Shown one piece after another: positions 1 through 8,127 of a DNA stretch of 32,000 nucleotides. The position numbers and the translations under genes are program-made. Under the pieces are notes generated by a model, which worked only from the letters and a program-made list of their open reading frames with translations, was not told where the DNA came from and searched no databases. The number at the start of each line of letters is the position of its first letter. Position 1 is the stretch's first letter. This DNA comes from Candidatus Iainarchaeum sp. (GTDB lineage Archaea; Iainarchaeota; Iainarchaeia; Iainarchaeales; CSSED10-239): the NCBI GenBank assembly GCA_028700905.1, contig JAQVRT010000001.1:1-32000 (forward strand). Reading direction: 5' to 3'.

Positions 1-12
1 AAAATAAATATA

Positions 13-20
13 TTTATAAA
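13..20 (+). promoter_or_regulatory. TATA box (TTTATAAACAT-type) for CDS 44..901
   Basis: tatTTTATAAAcat at 11-23. Its centre lies about 27 nt upstream of ATG 44, so the transcript would be leaderless or nearly so. The same 11-mer recurs at 6988 and 19116. Confidence 0.45.
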
Positions 21-43
21 CATTAACTCTATATAATTATATA

Positions 44-901
44 ATGAACTATAAAATTATATTTTTATTTTTAGCATTAATTATATTAACTCCAGGGATT
101 TTTTCTCATGTAAATTTATCAGTAGATCCTTCTGTTTCAAATAATACTGTTTATTTATCAAAAAATATTTCAAAAGAGGTTTTATTTCATTATACTTCAA
201 ATTATTCTTCAACAATTAATAATACTTATAGAGCTGAATATGATTTAAAAATATATTCTCAAGAACTAAAAGAAATAGATTTGTCTTTATCAAAAACAGA
301 AGAATATTTTGTTTCAGATGTCTTTTCTTCTTTTGCTTTAAATATAAGAAGTTTAAATTTTATTGATCAAACCATTAATTTAAGAATAAAAGTTTCAATT
401 TATGATTCTTTAAATAATTTGATTGATAGTGATTATTTATTTTTAAAAATAATTTCAAATAATTCTGAATATGAATTTTCAGACTCTCCAATTAACAAAG
501 TTCCAGAATATAAGGGATATTCTTTATCTAGAGATAAAATGATACTTTTAAATTATTTAGATAAAGATAAGATTTCAATTCAAAATCATGTTGATTATTC
601 TTTTGTATATGATGTTAATTGTACTTCTAATAACAAAGAACTTTCTTTAGATTTAAGATATGATGGAGATAACAAACATATTTTAGAAGTTTCAATAGAT
701 AATAATTCTGTTCAAGAAGATGTATTTTTTATTTCTTGTTATGCTTTTAATAAAGATGATGTTAAAGACATTAGAACAATTACTGTTAATTATTTAAATC
801 AAGATATTAATGTTAGTGATGAAACTATTATTGAAGAAGAAATTATAGAAGATAACAAAATTAAAACTTTTTTTAAAAATATTTTTGAAAAATTAAAATA
901 A
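44..901 (+). CDS. Secreted or surface protein, function unknown
   Basis: N-terminal hydrophobic signal/anchor (MNYKIIFLFLALIILTPGIFS). About 9 N-x-S/T sequons by manual count and one Cys pair. Amphipathic Lys-rich C-terminus KTFFKNIFEKLK. No family recognised. Confidence 0.6.
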   Translation: MNYKIIFLFLALIILTPGIFSHVNLSVDPSVSNNTVYLSKNISKEVLFHYTSNYSSTINNTYRAEYDLKIYSQELKEIDLSLSKTEEYFVSDVFSSFALNIRSLNFIDQTINLRIKVSIYDSLNNLIDSDYLFLKIISNNSEYEFSDSPINKVPEYKGYSLSRDKMILLNYLDKDKISIQNHVDYSFVYDVNCTSNNKELSLDLRYDGDNKHILEVSIDNNSVQEDVFFISCYAFNKDDVKDIRTITVNYLNQDINVSDETIIEEEIIEDNKIKTFFKNIFEKLK

Positions 902-909
902 GTTTATTT

Positions 910-1338
910 CTAAAAACTATCTGCAAGTAAGTGTACTACAACTCCTAAAAAACCTGCAAAAAAATAAACTGGATCTAAAAAAAGCAAAGGACTTGCTGTT
1001 AATATTCCAAAAGTAAACGAGTGTAGTGGACCTCTATGTTTTATTACTGTTAAAATAATTTCTAATAATAAAAGTATCCCTGCAATTATTAAAGCTGTTT
1101 GATCATTATTAATAATACTTATTCCTGTAAAAAATATTAATAAAAGAATAATAATTTTATCTAATTGTTTTCTTATCCAGGAATTATTTTTATCAATATC
1201 TGGTAGAAGTGTGTATACTATGAATATAAAGTATGCAATTAATATTTTTTCAATCTCAAGTTCCATTAAGTTTGAGATTACAACATATACAAAAGTAAAT
1301 ACAAATGTTGCAAATAAAACATGCCCTAATTTATTCAT
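910..1338 (-). CDS. Membrane-bound metal-dependent hydrolase, YdjM/DUF457-like
   Basis: Polytopic membrane protein with an N-terminal GH followed by LPDID, HRGPLHS and HLLADS. This pattern is typical of the DUF457/YdjM family. Confidence 0.6.
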   Translation of the reverse strand: MNKLGHVLFATFVFTFVYVVISNLMELEIEKILIAYFIFIVYTLLPDIDKNNSWIRKQLDKIIILLLIFFTGISIINNDQTALIIAGILLLLEIILTVIKHRGPLHSFTFGILTASPLLFLDPVYFFAGFLGVVVHLLADSF

Positions 1339-1384
1339 TTTTAAAAAATCCTTTTTTCTTTATAATATATATACTATAGATTTA

Positions 1385-1392
1385 TTTATAAA
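1385..1392. promoter_or_regulatory. Palindromic TATA box between divergent genes 910..1338(-) and 1443..2273(+)
   Basis: TTTATAAA is its own reverse complement. It lies 47 nt from the minus-strand start and 51 nt from the plus-strand start, and could serve either or both. Confidence 0.3.
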
Positions 1393-1442
1393 TTCTTATC
1401 TTCTTTAATATATATTAATATATTTTTAAAAATAGACTAAAA

Positions 1443-2273
1443 ATGAATGAAATTATAAGTTATATCATAATTGGTATTTTACAAGGGGTAGTTGAATGGC
1501 TTCCTATAAGCTCTCAAGGAAATTTAATGATATATTTATCAAATATTTTAAATTTATCTTCTCAATTAAGTTTAAATTATTCTATTCTTTTGCATACAGG
1601 TACACTTTTAGCAGCTATTGTTTATTTTTATAAAGAAATTAAATCTCTTTTAACTTTTAAAAATATTTCTTTACTTTTTAAATATAATTTTAAATTATTA
1701 AAAATTAAAGAAAATACTTTGGAAAAAGATTTTTCTTATTTAAGATTTATTTTTATAACTGTTATTGTAACTCTTTTAGTTTCTGGTCCAATTTATTTTT
1801 TAATAAGTGATGGAATAAATAATTTCAATATACTTTTAATAAATTTAATTATTGGTTTATTATTATTTATTACTGGTTTTTTAATATTCTTTTCAAGAAA
1901 AATATTTTCAAAAAAACCTATTTTCTCAATTAAAAATTCTTTTCTCTTAGGATTATTTCAAGGTTTTTCAATACTTCCAGGGTTAAGCAGAAGTGGGCTT
2001 ACAACTTCTTTACTTCTTTTTAGAGGTTTTAATCCAGAGAATGCTTTTAAAATTAGTTTTTTAATTTCAATTCCAACTATTTTTATTGGAGAAATTGCAC
2101 TTTTAGTTTTTAATGGTTTATTTTTCTCTCCATATATTTTAATTTCAATTGTTGTTTCTTTTATAGTCGGTTATTTTACAATTGATCTTTTAATTAAATT
2201 TGCAAAGAAAATTAATTTTTCTTACTTTTGCTTTATTTTAGGTGCGATATATATCTTGACTTACTTTATTTAA
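1443..2273 (+). CDS. uppP: Undecaprenyl/dolichyl-diphosphate phosphatase (BacA/UppP family)
   Basis: EWLPISSQGN motif near the N-terminus and PGLSRSGLT motif in a protein with about 8 TM segments. Both are BacA/UppP signatures. Confidence 0.85.
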   Translation: MNEIISYIIIGILQGVVEWLPISSQGNLMIYLSNILNLSSQLSLNYSILLHTGTLLAAIVYFYKEIKSLLTFKNISLLFKYNFKLLKIKENTLEKDFSYLRFIFITVIVTLLVSGPIYFLISDGINNFNILLINLIIGLLLFITGFLIFFSRKIFSKKPIFSIKNSFLLGLFQGFSILPGLSRSGLTTSLLLFRGFNPENAFKISFLISIPTIFIGEIALLVFNGLFFSPYILISIVVSFIVGYFTIDLLIKFAKKINFSYFCFILGAIYILTYFI

Positions 2274-2847
2274 ATTTTAATAATATTCCTTCAATTCTTT
2301 TATATGTAATTTTAGGATCATTTAATCTTATTAATAATTCATTAATGTAATTTTCATTATTTTTTATTTTTTTAATTAAAACATTTGTAATATTTTCTTT
2401 TTTAATTTTAGGGATTTTTTTTAAAAAGTTTGAATAATTAATAATTATTTCTCTTGCTTCTTTTGAATTATAATTAAGAGAGATTAATGATATTATTTCT
2501 TTTGCTTTTTTAGAAGAGACTTCTTTATTGATTAAAAACTTTAAATATGTCTTTTTTTGTTCTATTGTTAGTTTATCTTCTTTGACAACTTCTCTTTTAT
2601 TTATTTTTTTAAGAATTTCTTCTTCTTTTTTTAAATTAGTAAAAAACTTTTCTAAATTAAACTTTCCTTCTTTAATAGATGTTTTAATTCTTTCATAAAT
2701 TACAGGATTTTTTTTAATGTTTTTTGTTAATAAATCTATTTCTTTAATAGTTAAATCTAATTTATATAATTCAGGATATTTTTTATCCATTTTAGCAAGA
2801 ACTTCTTTTGTTCTTCTTAATGCTGTTTTATTTATGTTTCTTGGCAT
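2266..2847 (-). CDS. Hypothetical Lys/Glu/Ile-rich helical protein
   Basis: Uninterrupted 193-codon ORF in AT-rich DNA with no recognisable motif. It is convergent with uppP, and the 3' ends overlap by 8 nt. Confidence 0.5.
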   Translation of the reverse strand: MPRNINKTALRRTKEVLAKMDKKYPELYKLDLTIKEIDLLTKNIKKNPVIYERIKTSIKEGKFNLEKFFTNLKKEEEILKKINKREVVKEDKLTIEQKKTYLKFLINKEVSSKKAKEIISLISLNYNSKEAREIIINYSNFLKKIPKIKKENITNVLIKKIKNNENYINELLIRLNDPKITYKRIEGILLKFK

Positions 2848-2949
2848 GTATAATCTTTCTTTTATCTATATTAATTTAAAAGAGGTATATTCTTTTAAAT
2901 GTATTCTATAATATATTATATAAAAGATAAATTAAGGAGTGAATTAATT

Positions 2950-3267
2950 ATGTCTGAATTTATTACAGAATTAAATGATACTAATTTTAAAGAAAAAATT
3001 AATGGCAAAGAAATTGTAGTTGTTGATTTCTGGGCTGCATGGTGTGGTCCTTGTCAAATGTTTGCTTCAATTTTTGAAAATTTTGCAAAAGAAAATCAAG
3101 ATGTCTTTTGTGTAAAAGTTAATGTTGACGATTCTCCAAATATTTCTAAAGAATATCAAGTAATGTCAATTCCTACAATACTTTTTATTAAAAATGGAGA
3201 AGTTGTAAAAAAACAAGTAGGAGTAATTTCTAAAGAAATTATTAAACAAATTATAAGTGAATTATAA
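2950..3267 (+). CDS. trxA: Thioredoxin
   Basis: WCGPC active site and thioredoxin-fold length (105 aa). AAGGAG at 2934-2939 sits 10 nt upstream of ATG 2950, which favours this start over the track start at 2899. Confidence 0.9.
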   Translation: MSEFITELNDTNFKEKINGKEIVVVDFWAAWCGPCQMFASIFENFAKENQDVFCVKVNVDDSPNISKEYQVMSIPTILFIKNGEVVKKQVGVISKEIIKQIISEL

Positions 3268-3307
3268 ATCATTTTATATTTAAAGATTTAAAAGGAGTTT
3301 TTCAAAA

Positions 3308-4813
3308 ATGAAACTAGAATTAAAAATTAAAATATTGGATATTTATGCAAATTATCCAATTGTTATTTTGCATCCAAGATCTTCATTAAGTTTAGGTGCA
3401 CAAAATTTAGATCGATTAGAGGTTTTTAATGAAACAATAAATACTGTTTTTGTTTTAGATACTTCAACATCTTATGTAACTGAACAAGAAATGGGTATTT
3501 TTAGAGATACTGCTAAAGATTTAAATTTAAATGACGGAGATAAAGTGATTGTAAAACTTCAAAATCCTCCTCTTGCAACAAAATATATAATGGATAAAAT
3601 AAAAAATAAAACTTTAGAAAAAGAAGAAATTGATGAAATTGTAAAAGCTATAGATAAAAATTCTTTATCAGAAGTAGAATTATCTGCTTTTGTAACAGGA
3701 GTTTATATAAATGGACTTAATCTTGAAGAAACTAATTTTTTATGTAATTCTTTAGTTGATATTGGAGATAGAATTAATTTTGGAGAAAACATTATTTTAG
3801 ACAAACACTCTATTGGTGGAATTAATGGTAGAGTTTCAATGATATTAACTCCTATAATTGCATCTTTAGGTTATAAAATTCCAAAAACAGCATCAAGATC
3901 TATTACTTCTGCAGCTGGAACTGCTGATGCTATGGAAGTATTAGCTCCAGTAAGCTTTGATGTTGATGAAATTAAAGAAATTATTAATAAAACTGGCGGA
4001 GTTGTTGCTTGGGAAGGTAAATTTGATCTTTGTCCTGTTGATAATAAATTAATTGATATTGAGCATGCTTTAGGAATTAATCCAGAAGGAATAATGATTG
4101 CATCTATTCTTTCAAAAAAGAAAAGTATAGGTTCAACCCATCTTGTAATTGATATTCCTGTTGGAAGAGATGTAAAGATTAAAAATAAAGAAGATGGTGA
4201 ACGTCTTGCAAAGAAATTTATAACTATTAGTGAGTCTTTAGGAATTAAATCTAAAGTTATTTTAACTGACGGTGATAAACCTTGTGGAGATTTCTTTGGT
4301 CCTGCTCTTGAAGCTAAAAATGTTTTAGAAGTTTTAGAAGGAAAATATCAAGATTCTGTTTTAGAAAAAGCTTGTCTTCTTTCAGGTGAACTTTTAGAAC
4401 TTGTAGGTAAAGCAAAGAATGGAGAAGGTTATCTTCTTGCAAAAGAAATTGTAACATCTGGTAAGGCTTTAGAAAAATTCCAAGAAATAATTAAAGCACA
4501 AGGTGGAACTATTTTAAGATCAGAAGATGTTCCAAAAGCTAAATTTATACAAAAGATTTATTCTTCACAAGCAGGAGATGTAAATAACTTTGATGTTTCT
4601 AAAATAACTCATCTTGCAAAACTTTTAGGGGCTCCAAAAGATATTGAAGCTGGAGTTGTTTTATTTTGTCAAGTAGGAGATTCTGTACAAGTTAATGATG
4701 CTATATTAGAGTTCCATGCAAATACAGAAGAAAAAATATCAAGAGCTATTGAGTATTTAAAAGATAACAATCCTGTAATCTTTGATAAAATGGTTTTAGA
4801 AGAGTTTGAATAA
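3308..4813 (+). CDS. deoA: AMP phosphorylase (archaeal thymidine-phosphorylase-family enzyme)
   Basis: 501 aa. It has the N-terminal extension (KIKILD...) characteristic of archaeal AMP phosphorylase ahead of the glycosyltransferase core. Motifs DKHSIGG and SRSITSAAGTADAMEV. It aligns by eye with my recollection of the Thermococcus kodakarensis AMP phosphorylase. Confidence 0.85.
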   Translation: MKLELKIKILDIYANYPIVILHPRSSLSLGAQNLDRLEVFNETINTVFVLDTSTSYVTEQEMGIFRDTAKDLNLNDGDKVIVKLQNPPLATKYIMDKIKNKTLEKEEIDEIVKAIDKNSLSEVELSAFVTGVYINGLNLEETNFLCNSLVDIGDRINFGENIILDKHSIGGINGRVSMILTPIIASLGYKIPKTASRSITSAAGTADAMEVLAPVSFDVDEIKEIINKTGGVVAWEGKFDLCPVDNKLIDIEHALGINPEGIMIASILSKKKSIGSTHLVIDIPVGRDVKIKNKEDGERLAKKFITISESLGIKSKVILTDGDKPCGDFFGPALEAKNVLEVLEGKYQDSVLEKACLLSGELLELVGKAKNGEGYLLAKEIVTSGKALEKFQEIIKAQGGTILRSEDVPKAKFIQKIYSSQAGDVNNFDVSKITHLAKLLGAPKDIEAGVVLFCQVGDSVQVNDAILEFHANTEEKISRAIEYLKDNNPVIFDKMVLEEFE

Positions 4814-4825
4814 AACTCTTTTTTT

Positions 4826-5623
4826 TTATTTTTTTATTAAATTATATATTTTTTCAAATTCCTTTACAGATATTTGTTTTACTTTTTTTGTTTGTATTTT
4901 TTCAGGAATAAGCTTTATTTTATCTAAAGAAATAATTTCTTTATTTTCAGAATTAGAATGTTTAAAACTATTTACAATATCTTTATTTGGATATCTAAAT
5001 ATATTTTTAATAAATTGATTAAAGTTTTCATCAACTTTTGTATTCTTCTTTGGAATTATTGAAACTATTGATGAATCAACTTTTGGTTTTGGAAAAAAAG
5101 ATGCTTTTCTAATATTTCTAATTATTTTTATATCACTATGTGATTGTAAAAGTACACTGATTGAAACATAGTTTGCAAAACCTTCATATGCAACTAATTT
5201 TTCTGCAAATTCTTTCTGTACTACAAGACATGCTGGTTTTGTAGCTATTATCTTATCAATTATTTTTAAAGAAATTGAATAAGGAATAAATCCAACTATT
5301 TTATCAAAGTTAAGTTTAGATAAATCTACTTCTAAAAAATCAAAATTAATTATTTCTAGATTTTTATCTGGATATTCTTTTTTTAAAATTTCAATCATTA
5401 TAGGATCTTTTTCAATTACAATTACTTTTTTAAAAACTTTTAAAAGTTCTTTTGTTACAAACCCAAGTCCAGGGCCAATTTCAAGAACTGTTTCTTCTTT
5501 ACTTGGTTTTATTGTTTCAATTACTTTAGAAATAGAGTTTTTATCTATTATAAAATTTTGATCTAATTTATGATTAGGTTTAAATCCATGAATAAGCATT
5601 AATCTATATATTTCTTTTTGCAT
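4826..5623 (-). CDS. ksgA: 16S rRNA (adenine-N6,N6)-dimethyltransferase KsgA/Dim1
   Basis: SAM-binding motif VLEIGPGLGFVT and a length of 265 aa. It sits in the conserved archaeal L21e-RpoF-DUF655-KsgA arrangement. Confidence 0.9.
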   Translation of the reverse strand: MQKEIYRLMLIHGFKPNHKLDQNFIIDKNSISKVIETIKPSKEETVLEIGPGLGFVTKELLKVFKKVIVIEKDPIMIEILKKEYPDKNLEIINFDFLEVDLSKLNFDKIVGFIPYSISLKIIDKIIATKPACLVVQKEFAEKLVAYEGFANYVSISVLLQSHSDIKIIRNIRKASFFPKPKVDSSIVSIIPKKNTKVDENFNQFIKNIFRYPNKDIVNSFKHSNSENKEIISLDKIKLIPEKIQTKKVKQISVKEFEKIYNLIKK

Positions 5624-5637
5624 AATAACTATGTTTT

Positions 5638-6159
5638 TTATTTTTTAATAAGATATGGCATTGTAAATAAATTATATTTAATTTCTGGGCCACCAATAAT
5701 TTCATCAATAACCCTATTTACAATTACCTTTACAGGATCTGGCATCATTTCTATTTCTCTAATATCATCAAAAGAAGTGAATTTTCCTTTTTTCTTAATA
5801 TGTTCAATGATTGCCATTCTATGCTTTACACCTATCATTGGTAAAAGATCAAGTTGATGTCTTCTAAGTCCAATTGGTTTTGCATTATTGAAAAAATTAA
5901 CAAATTTATCTGAATGTTCAGTTACAATTGTTTCAATTGCTTTGTCAAGTTCTTTTTTTCCAACATTTGATAATCTATTATAATTTATTCTTCTTACAAT
6001 TAGATTTTCTGTGGAAATTTTTTCTTGAATCTTATAATTTTCTGAAGTAACAATTTCAAGTAAAGAAAAGTTAGAGCTACCAATACAGTGAATTACATCT
6101 GTTTGTTTAAATTTAATATCTTTCTTTAGTCTATCTAAAACTATTGCTTCTTTCATCAT
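5638..6159 (-). CDS. DUF655/COG1491 predicted RNA-binding protein (OB + HhH)
   Basis: C-terminal FVNFFNNAKPIGLRRHQLDLLPMIGVKHRMAIIEH...FTSFDDI pattern typical of DUF655. It is in the conserved position between rpoF and ksgA. Confidence 0.8.
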   Translation of the reverse strand: MMKEAIVLDRLKKDIKFKQTDVIHCIGSSNFSLLEIVTSENYKIQEKISTENLIVRRINYNRLSNVGKKELDKAIETIVTEHSDKFVNFFNNAKPIGLRRHQLDLLPMIGVKHRMAIIEHIKKKGKFTSFDDIREIEMMPDPVKVIVNRVIDEIIGGPEIKYNLFTMPYLIKK

Positions 6160-6168
6160 AAAATTAAA

Positions 6169-6492
6169 TCACTCTTTTTTGTATTTCTTTAAAATTTCTA
6201 TGATTTTTTCTTTTTTATCATCATCAACATCTTTTTCTTTTTCTAATATTAAGTTTAATTCTGTAACATTAGGTAAGATGTCTGTTATTTTTGTTGCAAG
6301 CTCATCAGATAATTCTATTTCTATTAAAGCTGCTTTTAACTTTTCTGAAGTTGCAGGTGTTAGGCTTGCAAATAATTTTGCATGCTCATGTGCATGTTTT
6401 TGTTCAAAATTTAATTCTTTTTCTTTTGCTTTTTCAGTTAATACTTTCTTAACTTCGTTTAATGTAACGTCTTCAACATATTTATAATTCAT
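6169..6492 (-). CDS. rpoF: DNA-directed RNA polymerase subunit Rpo4/F
   Basis: 107-aa acidic/basic helical protein with the pattern VTLNEVKKVL...FEQKHAHEHAKLF...LPNVTELNLIL. It lies immediately downstream of L21e with a 4-nt ATGA overlap, as in other archaea. Confidence 0.75.
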   Translation of the reverse strand: MNYKYVEDVTLNEVKKVLTEKAKEKELNFEQKHAHEHAKLFASLTPATSEKLKAALIEIELSDELATKITDILPNVTELNLILEKEKDVDDDKKEKIIEILKKYKKE

Positions 6493-6809
6493 TTTTTCAC
6501 CTTTTTAACTTTAGGTATTTGTTTTATAGGTTTTAAATGAACTCTTTCTGTTATAACTTTCTTTTTTAAATTTCCATCATAAATTTCCATAACTGGAGCT
6601 TTTCCTTGGAAAGAAACTAATTTACCTGTTTTTCCTTGCATTCTTTTATGAGGAAGTCCTTGATGTTTAGAACTGTTAATGTTAATTTGATATGTTCCAC
6701 CAATTTCAACTGGTTTTAATACTTCATTAACTGTTGTTTTTGCTCTAACATTTCTTTTCATTAAACTTCTTGTTTTTGCTCTTTTACCTTGTGCTTTTTT
6801 TCCTGACAT
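6489..6809 (-). CDS. rpl21e: Ribosomal protein L21e (eL21)
   Basis: Basic N-terminus (GKRAKTRSLMKR) and the HKRMQGKTGKLV motif typical of L21e. Length 106 aa. Confidence 0.9.
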   Translation of the reverse strand: MSGKKAQGKRAKTRSLMKRNVRAKTTVNEVLKPVEIGGTYQININSSKHQGLPHKRMQGKTGKLVSFQGKAPVMEIYDGNLKKKVITERVHLKPIKQIPKVKKVKK

Positions 6810-6987
6810 ATTTAATTACCTTTTTTTATATTTTTTAAGATTTTTAAAAAATTAGCCACTAGACTAATAAATATCAAAATCTATTAATTATTCAATATAT
6901 ATTAATAGAATAGATATGTTTTAAAAGAGATTCTTAAAGAAAGAGGTTATTGAAAATTAATTTTATTTATATTCCTTTAAAAACCCC

Positions 6988-6995
6988 TTTATAAA
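6988..6995 (+). promoter_or_regulatory. TATA box for tbp
   Basis: cccTTTATAAAcat. The predicted TSS is near 7018, giving a ~30 nt leader that carries AGGTGA (7037-7042) ahead of ATG 7049. Confidence 0.5.
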
Positions 6996-7048
6996 CATTT
7001 TGTTTTATAATATATCTAGAGTGCATATAAAAAAATAGGTGATTTCTT

Positions 7049-7657
7049 ATGTCTTATAAAATACAAAATTTAGTAGCATCTTCTAATCTTGAAACTACAT
7101 TAGATCTTTATAATCTTGCAGCAGCAATACCAGATGTTGAATATGAACCAGAACAATTTCCTGGAGCAATATTTAAACTTAAAGAACCAAAAGTAACTTT
7201 ACTTTTATTTAAGAATGGAAAATTAATAATTTCTGGTGCTTCAAATGAAGATGATATTGTTGCAGGAATTAAAAAAGCAACAAAATTAATTAATGAAATT
7301 CAAAAAGAAGTTAAAATTAAAAAATCCATTAATTATAATATTGTTAATTTAGTTGCAACTTCAAATCTTAATAAACCAGTTGATTTATTCCAAGCAGCAG
7401 TTACTTTAGATGATATTGAATATGAACCAGAACAATTCCCTGGTGCAATAATAAGAATTCATAATCCTAAGATTACTATTCTTTTATTTAAGAATGGTAA
7501 AATGATTTGTGCTGGTGCAAAATCAGAAGCAGATATTAAGAAAAGTATTACTGTTGTTAAGAAATTATTAAAAGACAATAATTCTGAAGGTGAAGAAAAA
7601 TTATCTTTCAAGCCTGAAAAGAAAACTATTGTAAAGAAATCAGCTAAAAAGAAATGA
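7049..7657 (+). CDS. tbp: TATA-box binding protein
   Basis: Two direct TBP repeats (IQNLVASSNL...YEPEQFPGAIFKL...LLFKNGKLIISGA and IVNLVATSNL...YEPEQFPGAIIRI...LLFKNGKMICAGA). The C-terminal tail is Lys-rich. Confidence 0.95.
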   Translation: MSYKIQNLVASSNLETTLDLYNLAAAIPDVEYEPEQFPGAIFKLKEPKVTLLLFKNGKLIISGASNEDDIVAGIKKATKLINEIQKEVKIKKSINYNIVNLVATSNLNKPVDLFQAAVTLDDIEYEPEQFPGAIIRIHNPKITILLFKNGKMICAGAKSEADIKKSITVVKKLLKDNNSEGEEKLSFKPEKKTIVKKSAKKK

Positions 7658-7702
7658 TTTCTTTTTTCTTCTTTTTTTATCAAAATATTTAAAAACAATC
7701 TA

Positions 7703-7710
7703 TTTATAAA
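7703..7710 (+). promoter_or_regulatory. TATA box for 5S rRNA
   Basis: ctaTTTATAAActt. Its centre lies about 26 nt upstream of the predicted mature 5' end of the 5S rRNA at 7733. Confidence 0.55.
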
Positions 7711-7732
7711 CTTTGTGGTTCTTATTATTTAT

Positions 7733-7849
7733 GTTAGCGGCCATAGGAATGGAGAAACACCTGGACCCTTTCCGAACCCAGAAGTTAAGTCTATTGCCGT
7801 TTTAGTTCGCTGTTAGTTCATGCTAGTAGCGTCTTTAAAGCTGCTAACA
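7733..7849 (+). rRNA. 5S ribosomal RNA (stand-alone, not linked to 16S/23S in this window)
   Basis: GC-rich island in AT-rich DNA. The 5' GUUAGCGGC pairs with the 3' GCUGCUAAC to form helix I. It contains the conserved CCGAACCCAGAAGUUAAG segment. Length is about 117 nt, and T-runs follow directly. Confidence 0.9.
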
Positions 7850-8127
7850 TTTAATATTTTCTTTTTTTAAATTCTGTTTAAAAAAAATATTTATTAAAAG
7901 CTATTTTTTTAAAACAACTTTTTTCTACAGTTAAAATTATTTTTCTTTGTAATATAAAAATCTTTTTTAAAATATATAATTCAATTTTTTTTACAAACTA
8001 AAAATATTATTTAATAGCTGTTTAGATATAACTTAATAAACTTTCTAGTTTTTTTAAATTAAATATCTTTTAATATATTTCCCTACACATTTATTTATTA
8101 TAATTATTTATTTAAGGGGAAAAATAT

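Noticed and set aside
2899-2949. Upstream extension of thioredoxin (track start 2899), and likewise 28666 for the Tyr-rich protein
   Set aside because: Internal ATGs at 2950 and 28684 are preceded by AAGGAG and GAGGTG at proper spacing. They give a canonical thioredoxin length and a canonical signal peptide respectively.
6179-6487. 102-aa plus-strand ORF antisense to rpoF
   Set aside because: It completely overlaps a well-supported Rpo4/F gene. Its Ser/Phe-rich composition is typical of an antisense artefact.
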